DNA of 64,000 bases from an uncultured Acidobacteriota bacterium (GCA_963730805.1 CAVSTL010000006.1:124713-188712), one strand, 5' to 3'. Counted from the stretch's first letter, positions 13,935 through 23,600 are shown. The notes: generated by a model from the letters alone, not told the origin. A program made the numbers and translations.

Positions 13935-14476
13935 ATCCCTCCCCGAGTAACCGACTTTCCTCTGATGCCGAAGCCCCGGTTGGCTATAGTCCCGGCGAAG
14001 AAACATTGCGGCTGATCGCGACACTCCCCGCGCCCGAGGGGCTCGAGAGCCGGGTGAAGGCGGGCCTGTCAACGGCTCCGCAAGCCGGACGTATTCTCCT
14101 GTGGCGCGGACCTCTGCAACCTGCCGGCGGCTGGACGTACAGCTCTTTCGCGCGCGGCGTGGCGGCGGCCGCGATTGTGTGCGTAGTGGCAGGCGGCGGA
14201 TGGCAAATCTATTCGCGTGTTCCGGCGCCCGCGGCCGCCAGGGTAATCGTCGTGCCCCCAACGATCACGCAGACGGGAAGGGGATTTTCGCAATCAAATG
14301 CTCCGCACGTCCCGGACACAATTGTTGGACCGGAATTGAAGCATCCGATGGCTCCCGTCTCCGACCTGAACGCGGTGGAGAAAGTGCCTGAGCGGGGGAA
14401 GGCCGCTGTCCCGGGTGCGCCTGTCGCAAAGAAGAAAAAGGCACCTTCCCATGCCATTGGTGTCCCCTTGCAGTAG
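13931..14476 (+). CDS. Putative single-TM anti-sigma factor
   Basis: ATGA overlap with the ECF gene; TM GVAAAAIVCVVAGGGWQIY followed by a Pro-rich tail. Confidence 0.65.
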   Translation: MNPSPSNRLSSDAEAPVGYSPGEETLRLIATLPAPEGLESRVKAGLSTAPQAGRILLWRGPLQPAGGWTYSSFARGVAAAAIVCVVAGGGWQIYSRVPAPAAARVIVVPPTITQTGRGFSQSNAPHVPDTIVGPELKHPMAPVSDLNAVEKVPERGKAAVPGAPVAKKKKAPSHAIGVPLQ

Positions 14477-14495
14477 CGGGGGCAGGTCTGGGCGT

Positions 14496-14840
14496 CTACG
14501 CTTCCTTGGCAATGGCGCGGAAGAGCATTCCGAGGATCGCCAGCACTACGGCTCCCCAGAACGCGGGAACCATTCCATAGACATTGAATCCGCGGACAAT
14601 GCTCGACGCCACCAGGATCATCATCCCGTTGATAACGAGCAAAAAAAGTCCCAGGGTGAGAATGCTGAGCGGAAACGTGATGATTTTCAGCAGCAATCCC
14701 ACGGTGGCATTGAGCAGGCCGATTACTACGGCCGCCACCAGCGCCGGTCCCAGTCCGCGCACATCAAATCCGGGGACCAGGCGGGAAACAAGCAGCAGGG
14801 CAATGGCGCTCATGATCCAGTGAAGCAGAAGCTTGAACAT
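14496..14840 (-). CDS. YvlD / 4-TM 'phage holin family' membrane protein
   Basis: LVPGFDV..., LLNATVGLLLKIITFPLSILTLGLFLLVING signature. Confidence 0.9.
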   Translation of the reverse strand: MFKLLLHWIMSAIALLLVSRLVPGFDVRGLGPALVAAVVIGLLNATVGLLLKIITFPLSILTLGLFLLVINGMMILVASSIVRGFNVYGMVPAFWGAVVLAILGMLFRAIAKEA

Positions 14841-14915
14841 AGGGGTCGTTCTCCTTGCGCGGCTCTCCTCGCCGCCTCGATGGGATGTTCTCTACCCGAT
14901 TTTATGCGTTGAAAC

Positions 14916-16175
14916 TCACTGGGCAACGGCTTTTTGCGGCTTGGCGCCGAACGTGGCGTTGGTGATAATCGGTCGGGACCACAGCGCGACGCTCAGCACG
15001 CAACCGAACGTGATGTAGAGAAACATCATGCCCGTGCGCAGTCCGACCAGGTCGCCCATCTTCCCGATGACGAGCGGCACAACCGCCCCTCCCGCGATGC
15101 CCGTGCAGAGGATCCCGGCAAACGAACCGTGATGCTCGCTGACCGAATTGAGCGCCAGCGAAATAATGGTAGGCCACATGATCGAGGCAAAGAACCCGAT
15201 CAGCGGAAACGCGTATAGGGAGACTGTGGCCGGCCCGAAAAGCGCCGCACTCAGCGCGCCAAGGGCGCCGATGGAAAAACCCAGCAGGACGCGCCGGCTA
15301 TCGAAGGTCTTGAGCAGAATCATCCCGAAAAAACACCCCGCAGTCATCAGTCCCCAGAACCACGAAACGGCACTTGCACCGGTGGTGTGCGGGTCGTAGC
15401 CGTGATATTGCGACAGAAACTTTGAAATCCAATCGGAGGTGCCCTGCTCCGATCCGACATAGGCGAATACGCAGCCGAAATAGAGCCAGACCATGCCGCG
15501 GCGAAGCATCTGGAAATAGGTTCCCACCGTCCCTGTCTGCTCATCCTCTTTCTTATTGATGTGTGGAAACCGGATCGCCGCGAGCAATAGCACCATGCCG
15601 GCAGAAACCGCAGCGAAAATCCAATAGATCGATACCCATCCCAGCTGCGGCGGCGTGATGTGCGCAATCAGCCGCAGCAACGGGCCCCGGGTTTTTGCCG
15701 GGGGAAGGTTGTTCACCATGTACGAGTAGATCAGCGGACTCAAGAACGATGCCGCGCCGAAAACGAATTGGGCAAACGCCGAATTGAAGGCGAAGTGCTC
15801 CTCTCCGCCGGCCACGCGCAGCAGGGGATTGATGGCCACCTGCAGCATCGCCATTCCGGCTCCGATGGTGAACAGGGAAGCCACTGCTACCCAATACGTG
15901 GGGTGCACCGCAAAACTCAGCGACCCCGTCAGCGCGGCAATGAACGAAGCAATCATGACCGGCTTCTCAGTGAAGCGATCGACGAGGAACCCGGCGGGAA
16001 CCGACAAGACCCCATACGCGAGGAAGAAGGAGAAGGGAAGAAATGCCGCGGCCGCCATGCTGACGTGGAAGCTGTCGATGATATCGGGAATGATAGGGCC
16101 AAGGATATTGGTCAGGAATGACAGAACAAAAAATACCAGGAATACTATGCCGACGATGAAGTAGTTCCTTCGCAT
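14916..16175 (-). CDS. MFS sugar transporter, FucP/GluP-like
   Basis: LPFSFFLAYGVLSVPAG, LQVAINP, YVGSEQG and SIMWPTI; about 12 TM. Confidence 0.9.
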   Translation of the reverse strand: MRRNYFIVGIVFLVFFVLSFLTNILGPIIPDIIDSFHVSMAAAAFLPFSFFLAYGVLSVPAGFLVDRFTEKPVMIASFIAALTGSLSFAVHPTYWVAVASLFTIGAGMAMLQVAINPLLRVAGGEEHFAFNSAFAQFVFGAASFLSPLIYSYMVNNLPPAKTRGPLLRLIAHITPPQLGWVSIYWIFAAVSAGMVLLLAAIRFPHINKKEDEQTGTVGTYFQMLRRGMVWLYFGCVFAYVGSEQGTSDWISKFLSQYHGYDPHTTGASAVSWFWGLMTAGCFFGMILLKTFDSRRVLLGFSIGALGALSAALFGPATVSLYAFPLIGFFASIMWPTIISLALNSVSEHHGSFAGILCTGIAGGAVVPLVIGKMGDLVGLRTGMMFLYITFGCVLSVALWSRPIITNATFGAKPQKAVAQ

Positions 16176-16200
16176 ATCTTCTCTGGTGTGCATGTTACGC

Positions 16201-17250
16201 TCATTCGACCAAGGTGATCTTGGTGGCGCGCTCGAATTTTCCCGGTTCGAGATGAGCCAGAGCCGCCAATGCGAGAGTCATCATTTGAACCGGGAGGATC
16301 TCGAGGATGGGCCGCAACATTTCCGAGGACTCAGGCAGCCGGCAGGCGGGCTGGGGCGAATCCGCGGAAAAGATAGCGGTCCGGGCCGGCGTTTGCGAAA
16401 GGTCTCTGAGCAGGCTGTCGTGCAAGTTTCTGACCTGCCTGTCGCCCGCGAAGACACCCACGAAGATGCCGGCGTGCAGCATTTCGAAAGGGCCATGCCG
16501 GAATGCCGCGCTGCTCATGCCTTCCGCGTGAAAATGATCCGACTCTTTGATAGTGAGAGCGCCGGTCGAGGCCGCAGCCATGGACGATCCGCGCCCGACC
16601 AGGAAGATATCGCGCACATCGCGGAGCATTTCGCCCATCTCGGCAACATGCGTTTGCCAACTCCCGAGATAACCCTCGACGACTGCATGCGCCTCTTCCA
16701 ATTCGTGCAGGCGCTCCACGCGATCGGCGTTGCAAAGCGTCGCCGCCACCATGCGCAGCGCCATCTGTGCAGTCACGTAGGTTTTACAGGAGACGGAGAA
16801 CTCATCGGCGGCCGCCGTGAGCACGGCGAAATCTGACTGCTGCGCCAAGGGACTGTCTGCCGAGTTAGTGACGCCGATAACGGTGGCCTGCCTGGCGTTC
16901 ATTTCCAGGAGCCGCACGGTCTCAGCGCTTTTGCCAGATTGCGATACGGCCACCAGGAGGGTGGAAGGAATGAGGAGCTGCGGGTAGAAATGGATCAACT
17001 CCGATGTCTCTACCATTATGGGAGTCCAGCCGTTCGCGGCCAACTCAATGCACAAAGGATGCAGTCCGAAACAGGACGAACCCATGCCGGTGAGCACGAC
17101 TCGCTGAAAGCGGCCGCCGTCGCAATGGCCGGCGATGTCGTCGAAGACGCTTGCCGTGCGCAAAGCGTCCCACGTGGCCCTCAGCGCTTCGGGCTGGTCG
17201 AGAAGATCGGCAAGATACCGGCCCTGAATTAACTCAAGATCCAATGACAC
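16201..17250 (-). CDS. SIS-domain sugar-phosphate isomerase/deaminase (GlmS C-terminal / FrlB / AgaS-like)
   Basis: TGMGSS, SQSGKSAE, GVTN, GALTIKES, FRHGPFE; two SIS domains and no glutaminase domain. Confidence 0.9.
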   Translation of the reverse strand: MSLDLELIQGRYLADLLDQPEALRATWDALRTASVFDDIAGHCDGGRFQRVVLTGMGSSCFGLHPLCIELAANGWTPIMVETSELIHFYPQLLIPSTLLVAVSQSGKSAETVRLLEMNARQATVIGVTNSADSPLAQQSDFAVLTAAADEFSVSCKTYVTAQMALRMVAATLCNADRVERLHELEEAHAVVEGYLGSWQTHVAEMGEMLRDVRDIFLVGRGSSMAAASTGALTIKESDHFHAEGMSSAAFRHGPFEMLHAGIFVGVFAGDRQVRNLHDSLLRDLSQTPARTAIFSADSPQPACRLPESSEMLRPILEILPVQMMTLALAALAHLEPGKFERATKITLVE

Positions 17251-17418
17251 TCCATTCTCCCTTCGCGATGGAGCGATGATGCCAGGCGCAGGCCACGCCG
17301 ACTATCGCCGCGTCCGACGCCGGATTGATCCGCGGCAAGAACCCGGCCGTCCCGGGTCGATAATGCCGACCGCGATTTTGGTACCACCGATGTCCACCGG
17401 GGTTCGACATCCTGGCAT
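17234..17418 (-). pseudogene. ROK-family sugar kinase relic (internal deletion plus frameshifts)
   Basis: One frame gives the phosphate-1 motif VDIGGTKIAVGIID, a second gives DGRVLA, a third gives the ROK-like tail SDAAIVGVACAW ending at a TGA that overlaps the SIS start. Confidence 0.8.
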
Positions 17419-17698
17419 AGCGCTCGCATCCGGCCCGGCCGCATCTCCATTCTTTACTTTGCATCGGGCAAGCGGCACACTCCGGGAATCGCGACTCCCC
17501 GACTGCTGGATTTGCAAGGAATGTAACAGAAGCGGCGTGCTTTTGCGGAGCCGGTTCTTCGTGAATATGATGGCATCAGGAATTGAATACGACCTCGCGG
17601 AAAGGACTTCGCATCGAAGGTATCGCCCAGGTAGATCGGTTCCACCATGCACCCAGGCAAACTGCCGATGCCGAGTCTTCCTCGTGGAGGCGCGTCGC

Positions 17699-19174
17699 GT
17701 GACTCGCGATTTTAACTCACCTGTTACCGCGGATGGGGCTTCGCCGCCCGACCGGGATTATTTGCGCCTTCTTTTTGCGGCGATCTCCCGCTCCTGCAGC
17801 GACGCGCTCATCTGCACCGATCGCGAGGGCAACGTCACCGCATGGAACGAGAGCGCAACACGCCTGTTTGGCTACTCCTCCGCCGAAATAATCGGTACCC
17901 CCGTATCCCGCATCATTCCTGAGGAACTGCATCTGCAGGAGACAGAAGTCCTGAACAAATTATCGGTCCAGTCCGCGCAACACTATGAATCCGTGCGGCA
18001 CTCAAAAGGAGGTGGGCGGGTACGGGTCCTCGCGGCCGTTTCTGCGGTGGAAGACGACGCCGGACTTGTCATCGGCGCGCTCCGGATCGAGCGTGAAATT
18101 CAGAAGGAGTCCGCGGGCGAAGAGGCGCAGTCGAGTTTGGCGGCGATTGTCGAGTCTTCAGACGACGCGATTGTTGGCAAGAACCTTGACGGAATCATCA
18201 CCAGTTGGAATCAGGCCGCAAGCCGGCTCTTCGGTTACACCGCCGAAGAGATGATTGGACAACCTATCCTGAAAATCATTCCCGACGATTTGCGTTCGGA
18301 AGAAGCTGGCATTCTGAAGGCAATTCGTTCCGGGAGGCGAATCGAACATTACGAGACCAGGCGCATTCGAAAGAGCGGGGAAATCGTCGAGGTGTCGCTC
18401 ACCATTTCTCCCATTAAGGATCGCGATGGAAACGTCATCGGGTCTTCGAAGATCGCTCGCGAGATCTCGGAACGCAAAAAGATGGAGCGCCTCCTTATCC
18501 AATCAGAGAAACTGGCCGCTACTGGCCGCATGGCCGCTACCATCGCCCACGAAATTAATAATCCTCTTGATTCCGTGATGAACCTTGTATACCTGGCGAG
18601 GACCACGCTACCGAACAACAGCAAGGCGCTGCCCTATTTAATTACGGCGGAAAAAGAACTGGAGCGGGTCGCATACATCGCGCGGCAAACGCTGGGCTAC
18701 TATCGCGATCCGGGGCCGCCCGCGGAGATCCGCCTTGATCAACTACTCGAAGAAGTTGTCAACGTCTATTACTCCAGGCTGCTTGCGGGCAATGTTGCTG
18801 TGGACTGCGCCTTCGCACACCACCGGCCGATCCGCGCGAGCAAAGATGAGTTAATGCAGATCTTTTCCAGTCTTATCACCAATGCCATCGACGCCATGGC
18901 GGATGGCGGAGTTCTCACCATCAAGACTCGTGAGGTCGGCGAGCGAGGTGTGGAGATTCTGGTACGAGATAAAGGAACCGGAATCATGAGGGAAAATCTC
19001 GACCGGGTATTCGAGCCATTCTTCTCCACAAAAGGCCAGCGTGGTACAGGAATCGGCCTTTGGGTTGCCCGGCAACTAGTGGAAAAACGTGGGGGATCAA
19101 TCCACCTGGTGAGCAGCACAGAATTCCCAGAAAATGGTACAACCGTCGCAGTGTTTCTACCATTCCAAACATAG
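17699..19174 (+). CDS. PAS-PAS sensor histidine kinase (cytoplasmic)
   Basis: GTG 8 nt after GGAGG; two PAS domains (WNESATRLFGY, WNQAASRLFGY), H-box AHEINNPL, GTGIGL. The longer ORF start at 17276 overlaps the ROK relic and is unlikely. Confidence 0.92.
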   Translation: MTRDFNSPVTADGASPPDRDYLRLLFAAISRSCSDALICTDREGNVTAWNESATRLFGYSSAEIIGTPVSRIIPEELHLQETEVLNKLSVQSAQHYESVRHSKGGGRVRVLAAVSAVEDDAGLVIGALRIEREIQKESAGEEAQSSLAAIVESSDDAIVGKNLDGIITSWNQAASRLFGYTAEEMIGQPILKIIPDDLRSEEAGILKAIRSGRRIEHYETRRIRKSGEIVEVSLTISPIKDRDGNVIGSSKIAREISERKKMERLLIQSEKLAATGRMAATIAHEINNPLDSVMNLVYLARTTLPNNSKALPYLITAEKELERVAYIARQTLGYYRDPGPPAEIRLDQLLEEVVNVYYSRLLAGNVAVDCAFAHHRPIRASKDELMQIFSSLITNAIDAMADGGVLTIKTREVGERGVEILVRDKGTGIMRENLDRVFEPFFSTKGQRGTGIGLWVARQLVEKRGGSIHLVSSTEFPENGTTVAVFLPFQT

Positions 19175-19242
19175 ATTGTGGGGAGGGGCGCGCTTAACTA
19201 TGGTGCGATTTGACCATCCGGAAATACCGATGAGGAGATTGA

Positions 19243-19707
19243 ATGTTCGATCCCTTGCAGCAAATCAGGGCGTTGGATCTTCTTGGTTCACGCCCTACCC
19301 GAACTGGAACCAAAAAGAAGGAAAGCGGTAAGATTAAACAAAAAAAACCGATTGTACTTGTAGTTGACGATGAACGCCTGATTGCAGACACAATGACCGA
19401 AATTCTGAGGCGGTCCGGATTCGAAGCACAATGTGCGTACGACGGCCAATCAGCTCTGGAACTGGCAGTCCAGATCAGTCCGGATTATGTGCTGACCGAC
19501 GTAGTGATGCCGAAGATGAATGGAGTCCAACTTGCGATCGCCATCCGCAAGATACTGCCATCTACCGAAATACTTCTGCTTTCGGGCCAGGCCGGCATTT
19601 CGGAGATTGTTGACCGCGGGCGCAAGGAAGGATACATGTTCGAGCTTATTCCGAAGCCGATCCACCCGGAGAAGCTGCTGCAGCGTCTGAATCAGTTTCT
19701 TGCGTAG
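19243..19707 (+). CDS. Single-domain response regulator (receiver only)
   Basis: VLVVDDE, TDVVMPKMNG, LLSGQA, KPIHP. Confidence 0.9.
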   Translation: MFDPLQQIRALDLLGSRPTRTGTKKKESGKIKQKKPIVLVVDDERLIADTMTEILRRSGFEAQCAYDGQSALELAVQISPDYVLTDVVMPKMNGVQLAIAIRKILPSTEILLLSGQAGISEIVDRGRKEGYMFELIPKPIHPEKLLQRLNQFLA

Positions 19708-19757
19708 CTATCCCGTCGATAAGCAGTCGTGCGGTCGATCTAGAAAATTTCAGTGGG

Positions 19758-20231
19758 TTATTTCCCCCTGAGCCTTTGCAGACGCTCGATGAGCTTCATC
19801 GGGTGGATAGGCTTCGCGACAAGTTCGAAGGCATGTCCGTCCTGGCGTGCCTTTTCGAGCAGATCGATCGTACCGGCTTGCCCTGAAATCAGGAGGATTA
19901 GTGTATTGGGAAGCAATCTGGTAATCGCCATGGCGAGTTCGATCCCGTTCATCTGCGGCATCACCACGTCGGTCAGCAGAATGTCCGGGTGAAGCTTTTC
20001 CGCCAGTTCCATCGCAGTTTGTCCGTCGTAGGCAACGAAGGCACAGAAGCCCGACATGTTCAGAATCTCGACGGTGGTATTGGCAAGGGTCTCCTCGTCG
20101 TCCACTACAAGTACGACCGGGCAGTCTTGCCCGGATGCTTTGAACTTTTCCTTACATTCCTGGGCCGCCGAGAAATACGCCAGGAAATTGTCAGAGGGGT
20201 GAACGATTTCCGGCCATATATCCAGCATCAC
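19758..20231 (-). CDS. Single-domain response regulator (receiver only), paralogue of 19243-19707
   Basis: VLVVDDE, TDVVMPQMNG, LISGQA, KPIHP. Confidence 0.9.
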   Translation of the reverse strand: MMLDIWPEIVHPSDNFLAYFSAAQECKEKFKASGQDCPVVLVVDDEETLANTTVEILNMSGFCAFVAYDGQTAMELAEKLHPDILLTDVVMPQMNGIELAMAITRLLPNTLILLISGQAGTIDLLEKARQDGHAFELVAKPIHPMKLIERLQRLRGK

Positions 20232-20809
20232 CGTCTTATCTCCGAAAAGCGCAACAGGCTCAAATAGTTATTTTCTGTCATCCCTGGAAGTTGTCGGCGC
20301 TTCAAGGTGCAAAAACCTCGCCGTCGCGAGGTCGGATATGGAACGGCCAGCCGTCTGGAGGACGGATGTGTTTTCGGTGGAAGGAAAGAGCCAAAACTTC
20401 CTTTATAATCCCGATAAATTCACAAATGTACAAATTCCCGCAGGCTTGCCCGGGCAGGCAGCTCCCATCGCCAATTGCTTTCAGGTTTGGTTTGCCTATG
20501 TGCAAGATAATTGAGGAGTATGAGACTTTCAAGGGCGAATCTTTCCCATCCCAAAGAATGTCGTCAAACTTGAGGTTGTTTGCGTCCGGTAGGCGACTTT
20601 CAAACTGCCTGCCCGAAGGGCCGTCCAAACCCCGCACCTAGTCCCGGCCTGGTTTGATTGCATTCTGGTTTTCCTATCCCATTGAAAATGCATCAAAAAA
20701 AGTTAGCCACGGCCGCTCACCGGAATAGCTACGCTCATTCACTCCAGGAGTGCGCACGGACTGGAGCTTGCGCCTTGGCGATTGATCTGAACGGGAGAAT
20801 GAACGGCGC

Positions 20810-22288
20810 ATGCAGAACGACAACGAGACGCGTCTGTCAACCGGAATAGGCGGCCTGGACGACATCTTGCATGGGGGCTTAGCCAAAGGATTTCTCTACC
20901 TCATTGAGGGCAATCCGGGCGCCGGAAAGACCACGCTCGCCTTGCAATTTCTGATTGAGGGCGCCGCGCGGGGCGAGAAGGGACTTTACATCTCCCTTGC
21001 CGAGAGCGAATCCGAGCTCCGCCATGTTGCAGCTTCGCACGGCTTTAACCTGGATAAAGTTACGATCTGTAAGATATCGCCTCCCGAACTCGAGGGCGCT
21101 TCAGGCCAGCAGTACACCGTCTTTCAGCCCGCGGAGGTCGAACTGGCCGATGTCCTGGAAACGATCCTGGCGATGGTTCGGGAGATATCCCCATCGCGGG
21201 TGGTGATCGACTCGATGTCGGAGTTGCGCATGCTGGCGCGCGATTCGCTTCGCTACCGCCGCCAGATCCTCAGCCTGAAGAAGTTCTTCGAGGGCCAGGA
21301 CTGCACCACGCTCCTGCTTGACGAGCGCTTTCGCGGCAACCAGGAAAGCCAGGTGCAGACCATCGCTCATGGCGTGATCTCGCTCGAAGTGCTGCAGCGC
21401 AATTACGGCATCACCCGGCGCCGTCTCGAGGTGCTGAAGGTGCGCGCATCGAGCTTCCGCGAGGGATTCCACGACTACGTCATCATCCGCGGCGGCATCC
21501 GAGTATTCCCGCGGCTGGTTTCCGGCGAGCACCGCGGCAACCTGGTTTCCTCTGAGACGCTGCCCAGCGGTATCAAGGAGCTTGACGCATTGTTCTATGG
21601 CGGGGTGCAGCGGGGAACGAGCACGTTGATCGCCGGCCCGACGGGTTGCGGAAAATCCACTCTCTGTGCGCAATTCGTAGTCTCCGGCGCAAAGCGCAAT
21701 GAAAAGGGCGCAATTTTTACCTTCGACGAAACGCGGCAGTCGTTTCGCGAACGCAGCCGGGGGCTCGGCCTTGACCTCGATACCTATCTTGAAAACAAGA
21801 CCATTCATCTGGAGCAAGTCGACCCCGCCGAACTCTCGCCGGGCGAATTCATCGATCGCATTCGGCAAGGCGTGGAAGAACGCGAGTGGCGAATCATCGT
21901 CATCGACTCCCTGAACGGCTTGATGAACTCAATGAGCGAGGAGCAGGCGCTGACGGTGCAACTCCATGAAGTTCTTTCCTATCTGAACCAGGTAGGCGTG
22001 GCGTCGTTCCTGGTGCTGGCCCAATATGGGCTGCTTGGCGCTGCCATGTCGTCGCCTACCGACGTGAGCTATCTCGCCGACAACGTTTTACTGCTTCGCT
22101 ACTTTGAGGCCGCCGGCGAGGTCCGCCAGGCGCTGTCGGTCGTCAAGCGGCGCTCCGGCCCGCACGAGCGTTCCATTCGCGAACTGCTGATCAGCGACGC
22201 CAAGTTGACCATTGGCGATCCGCTTCGAAACTTCACCGGCGTACTCACTGGGACCCCGGAATACAAAGGAGGACAGTCGTTGCTGTGA
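20810..22288 (+). CDS. kaiC: KaiC-like double-domain RecA-type ATPase
   Basis: LSTGIGGLDDILHGG, Walker A GNPGAGKT and GPTGCGKS, VVIDS / IVIDS, LPSGIKELDAL; tandem CI/CII architecture. Confidence 0.9.
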   Translation: MQNDNETRLSTGIGGLDDILHGGLAKGFLYLIEGNPGAGKTTLALQFLIEGAARGEKGLYISLAESESELRHVAASHGFNLDKVTICKISPPELEGASGQQYTVFQPAEVELADVLETILAMVREISPSRVVIDSMSELRMLARDSLRYRRQILSLKKFFEGQDCTTLLLDERFRGNQESQVQTIAHGVISLEVLQRNYGITRRRLEVLKVRASSFREGFHDYVIIRGGIRVFPRLVSGEHRGNLVSSETLPSGIKELDALFYGGVQRGTSTLIAGPTGCGKSTLCAQFVVSGAKRNEKGAIFTFDETRQSFRERSRGLGLDLDTYLENKTIHLEQVDPAELSPGEFIDRIRQGVEEREWRIIVIDSLNGLMNSMSEEQALTVQLHEVLSYLNQVGVASFLVLAQYGLLGAAMSSPTDVSYLADNVLLLRYFEAAGEVRQALSVVKRRSGPHERSIRELLISDAKLTIGDPLRNFTGVLTGTPEYKGGQSLL

Positions 22289-23490
22289 CAAAGGACCGGG
22301 CTCCGATGTGTCGATTCGTAGTTGTCGCTCCCCTGGGTCGGGATGGAGAACTGATCTGCTCTTTCTTGAAGAATTCCGGCTTTGAGTGTGAGTCGGTGAA
22401 AACCATGGCAGAAGTGGAGGAGATGCACAGCTCCCTTCTGTTCGGCCTTATCCTCACCGACGAGGCGTTGACCGGCGAGGGGATTGATGCTGTGCGGCGC
22501 ATTGTCGACGCGCAGCCCGGCTGGTCCGACCTCCCCGTCATGCTGCTGACAAGCGGTCCCAATGAGCCCAGATATGCGGCTATTGCCACCCAGATCCGGG
22601 TGGAAATTCGCAGCCTCATTTTTCTCGATCGCCCGGTCCGGAAGGAACTGTTGCTCAGCGCTGTACAAGTCGCTTATACATCGCGACTCAAGCAACTGGA
22701 AGTCCGCGACGCCGCGGCGCGCCAGTCGCAAAGCGAAGAGGCGCTGCGCAACTCCGAAAAGCTCGCGGTCGCCGGACGGCTGGCTGCCACCATGGCCCAT
22801 GAGGTCAGCAATCCACTCGAAGCCATGGGCAACCTGCTTTACCTGGTTGAGAATTGCACCACGCTGGAAGACGCACAATCCTTTGGCCGCATGGCAACGC
22901 AGGAACTGAAGCGAGTCAGCGACATCATCGATCGCACCCTTCGCCTTCATCGATCGCCGCCAAAGCCCGCTCTCACCGACGTCTCTGCCCTGGCTCATTC
23001 AGCCCTTACCCTTTTTCGCCGGAAGATCGCGGAACGCCAGATCCGCGAGAATGTGATCGTGGAGCGCTGTTTCGCGTACTGTTCGGAAGGTGAGATTCGC
23101 CAGGCACTGGTCAATCTCATTGGCAACGCTCTCGACGCGATGCCGGACGGCGGAAACCTGCACCTACGAGTCGGAGGCGTCTCACTCGAGGGAAGACGAC
23201 TTGCGCGCCTTACCATCGCCGATACGGGCAGCGGCATTCGTCGCGAAATTCGTGCGAACCTTTTCACCCAGTTTTTTACCACCAAGGGCAGTCGCGGAAC
23301 TGGGCTTGGGTTGTGGCTGACCCGCGACATCGTGCAGCGCAACGGCGGAAAGTTGCGCTTCCGCTCCCGTGTCGAATCTCCCAGCGGCACCGTGTTTTCC
23401 ATGTATCTGCCTTCAGGACCGCAGATGGACGTGGCCAATCCTAACCCTCGTAATCCCGAAGGAGAACAATCCAAGTTCCACGCCGCCTGA
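22285..23490 (+). CDS. Histidine kinase with N-terminal degenerate receiver-like domain
   Basis: GTGA overlap with kaiC; APLGRDG...LILTDEAL...QPGWSDLPVMLLT, H-box AHEVSNPL, NLIGNALDA, GTGLGL. Confidence 0.9.
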   Translation: MTKDRAPMCRFVVVAPLGRDGELICSFLKNSGFECESVKTMAEVEEMHSSLLFGLILTDEALTGEGIDAVRRIVDAQPGWSDLPVMLLTSGPNEPRYAAIATQIRVEIRSLIFLDRPVRKELLLSAVQVAYTSRLKQLEVRDAAARQSQSEEALRNSEKLAVAGRLAATMAHEVSNPLEAMGNLLYLVENCTTLEDAQSFGRMATQELKRVSDIIDRTLRLHRSPPKPALTDVSALAHSALTLFRRKIAERQIRENVIVERCFAYCSEGEIRQALVNLIGNALDAMPDGGNLHLRVGGVSLEGRRLARLTIADTGSGIRREIRANLFTQFFTTKGSRGTGLGLWLTRDIVQRNGGKLRFRSRVESPSGTVFSMYLPSGPQMDVANPNPRNPEGEQSKFHAA

Positions 23491-23600
23491 ATTCACGTAC
23501 TTCAAACCGGCCGGCTGTTGCGTTCCCGACGCTGGAACTTCCCGACTATTCGGCAGTACACTTCGCAGGTACGGATTCTTGAAGCCTTGTACCGACAATC

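Noticed and set aside
14496-14840. 'Holin' as a sign of a prophage
   Set aside because: YvlD-type 4-TM family found in ordinary chromosomal contexts; no endolysin, integrase or structural genes nearby.
17276-17698. 140-aa N-terminal extension of the PAS kinase
   Set aside because: Low-complexity, overlaps the antisense ROK relic, and a GGAGG-GTG start exists at 17699.
20810-22288. A complete circadian clock
   Set aside because: No kaiA or kaiB in the window and the phosphosite is SY; only a KaiC-like ATPase is supported.
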